This document shows positions 63,285 to 64,000 of a DNA stretch of 64,000 nt, piece after piece. Each line of letters opens with the position of its first letter. The stretch's first letter is position 1. The notes beneath the pieces are model-generated. The model ran no database searches. It was not told the origin of the DNA and worked only from the letters and a program-made list of their open reading frames with translations. The DNA comes from Polyangiales bacterium (GTDB lineage Bacteria > Myxococcota_A > Polyangia > Polyangiales > Ga0077539): the NCBI GenBank assembly GCA_044229975.1, contig JBGARZ010000017.1:96001-160000 (forward strand), in the 5' to 3' direction. The position numbers were made by a program, and so were the translations under genes.

Positions 63285-64000
63285 GTGAGGCGCGACGTCA
63301 CTGACAATACCCCTGGGCTCGTGGCCGTCGTGCTGCTCGCCGCCTGTGGGGTCGAGGTGGTGGGCCCGGACGACCCGCTGCACCAGGAGTCGCGCGTCTC
63401 GACCGATGGCGGGGTGGTGGGCAACCCCCAGGCGCTGGTGACGGCGTCGGGTGAGACCCAGACCTGCGTCGCGTGGCAGGCGGTGCGCGATCGCTACACG
63501 CAGGTCGCGACCTGGGGGCCTGGCGCGGCGACCTGCGACCTCGGATCGCTCCCCGACTCGACCCGGCAGGCGTCCATCGAGTGGGTCAACTACTTCCGCG
63601 GCCTGGTCGGCCTCGCGGCGGTCAGCGAGGATCGCAACGACCGCTCCGCGGCGCAGGGCTGCGCGGTGTTGCTGGAGCGCAACGGCCAGCTCACGCACAC
63701 GCCGCCCGCGACCTGGGCGTGCGCGACCCTCGCGTCCCGCGACGCGGCCGGGCGCAGCAACCTCTCGGGCAACGTCGGCTTCCCGATGAGCCCCTGGTAC
63801 TCGGTGCGCGGCTGGATCGACGAGGGCAGGGACCTCTCCGGCACGCTCGGTCATCGCCGCTGGCTCTTCAGCCCGGAGCTGCACACCGTCACCTACGGTC
63901 AGACGGGGAGCTTCGCGTGCATGACCCTCGGGCTCGGAGCCAGTGATCCTCGGGCGCCCGCGTCCATCGCCTGGCCGCCCGCGGGCTGGGTCCCCACGGC
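63285..64000 (+). CDS. CAP/SCP-domain lipoprotein (partial, runs off the right edge)
   Basis: GGAG+GTG start, LLAAC lipobox, WVNYFRGLVGL, LTHTPP, SNL, LGHRRWL; not in the ORF track. Confidence 0.8.
   Translation, partial: MRRDVTDNTPGLVAVVLLAACGVEVVGPDDPLHQESRVSTDGGVVGNPQALVTASGETQTCVAWQAVRDRYTQVATWGPGAATCDLGSLPDSTRQASIEWVNYFRGLVGLAAVSEDRNDRSAAQGCAVLLERNGQLTHTPPATWACATLASRDAAGRSNLSGNVGFPMSPWYSVRGWIDEGRDLSGTLGHRRWLFSPELHTVTYGQTGSFACMTLGLGASDPRAPASIAWPPAGWVPT

Overview
Very GC-rich bacterial DNA, probably Myxococcota (inferred from a TIGR02266-type PilZ gene, a Pkn-type Ser/Thr kinase and the sigma54-heavy regulation). It has two halves separated by an att-like 3' tRNA-Phe fragment and an integrase remnant at about 38.5 kb. 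Left half (1-38.5 kb): a decaying stress/low-oxygen and sulfur-handling island. It encodes Acg, USPs, BON and CBS proteins, PpsA, Dps, a Lon-like protease, MacAB-like and AI-2E transporters and a CoA-transferase, plus SQR-TusE-DsrE, two persulfide dioxygenases, rhodanese, a TauE-YeeE fusion and a sigma54 activator. About 15 candidate sigma54 -24/-12 promoters and a recurrent G(C/T)GCA-N5-T(G/T)CGC palindrome lie in its intergenic regions. Several genes there carry amber stops, frameshifts or internal deletions. Right half (39-64 kb): a c-di-GMP signalling locus with a c-di-GMP-I riboswitch, two GGDEF genes, REC-EAL, PilZ and several kinases. It surrounds an unusual pilin-less motor cluster: two MshEN-bearing PilB-like ATPases with Sm/Hfq-like N-terminal repeats, a stand-alone protein with similar repeats, a PilT with a duplicated N-domain, a His-less pseudo-kinase and a Ser/Thr kinase. 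A 14-codon scar of a FIST/NosP-like gene sits upstream of its cognate kinase. All family calls come from motif recognition by eye; no searches were run.
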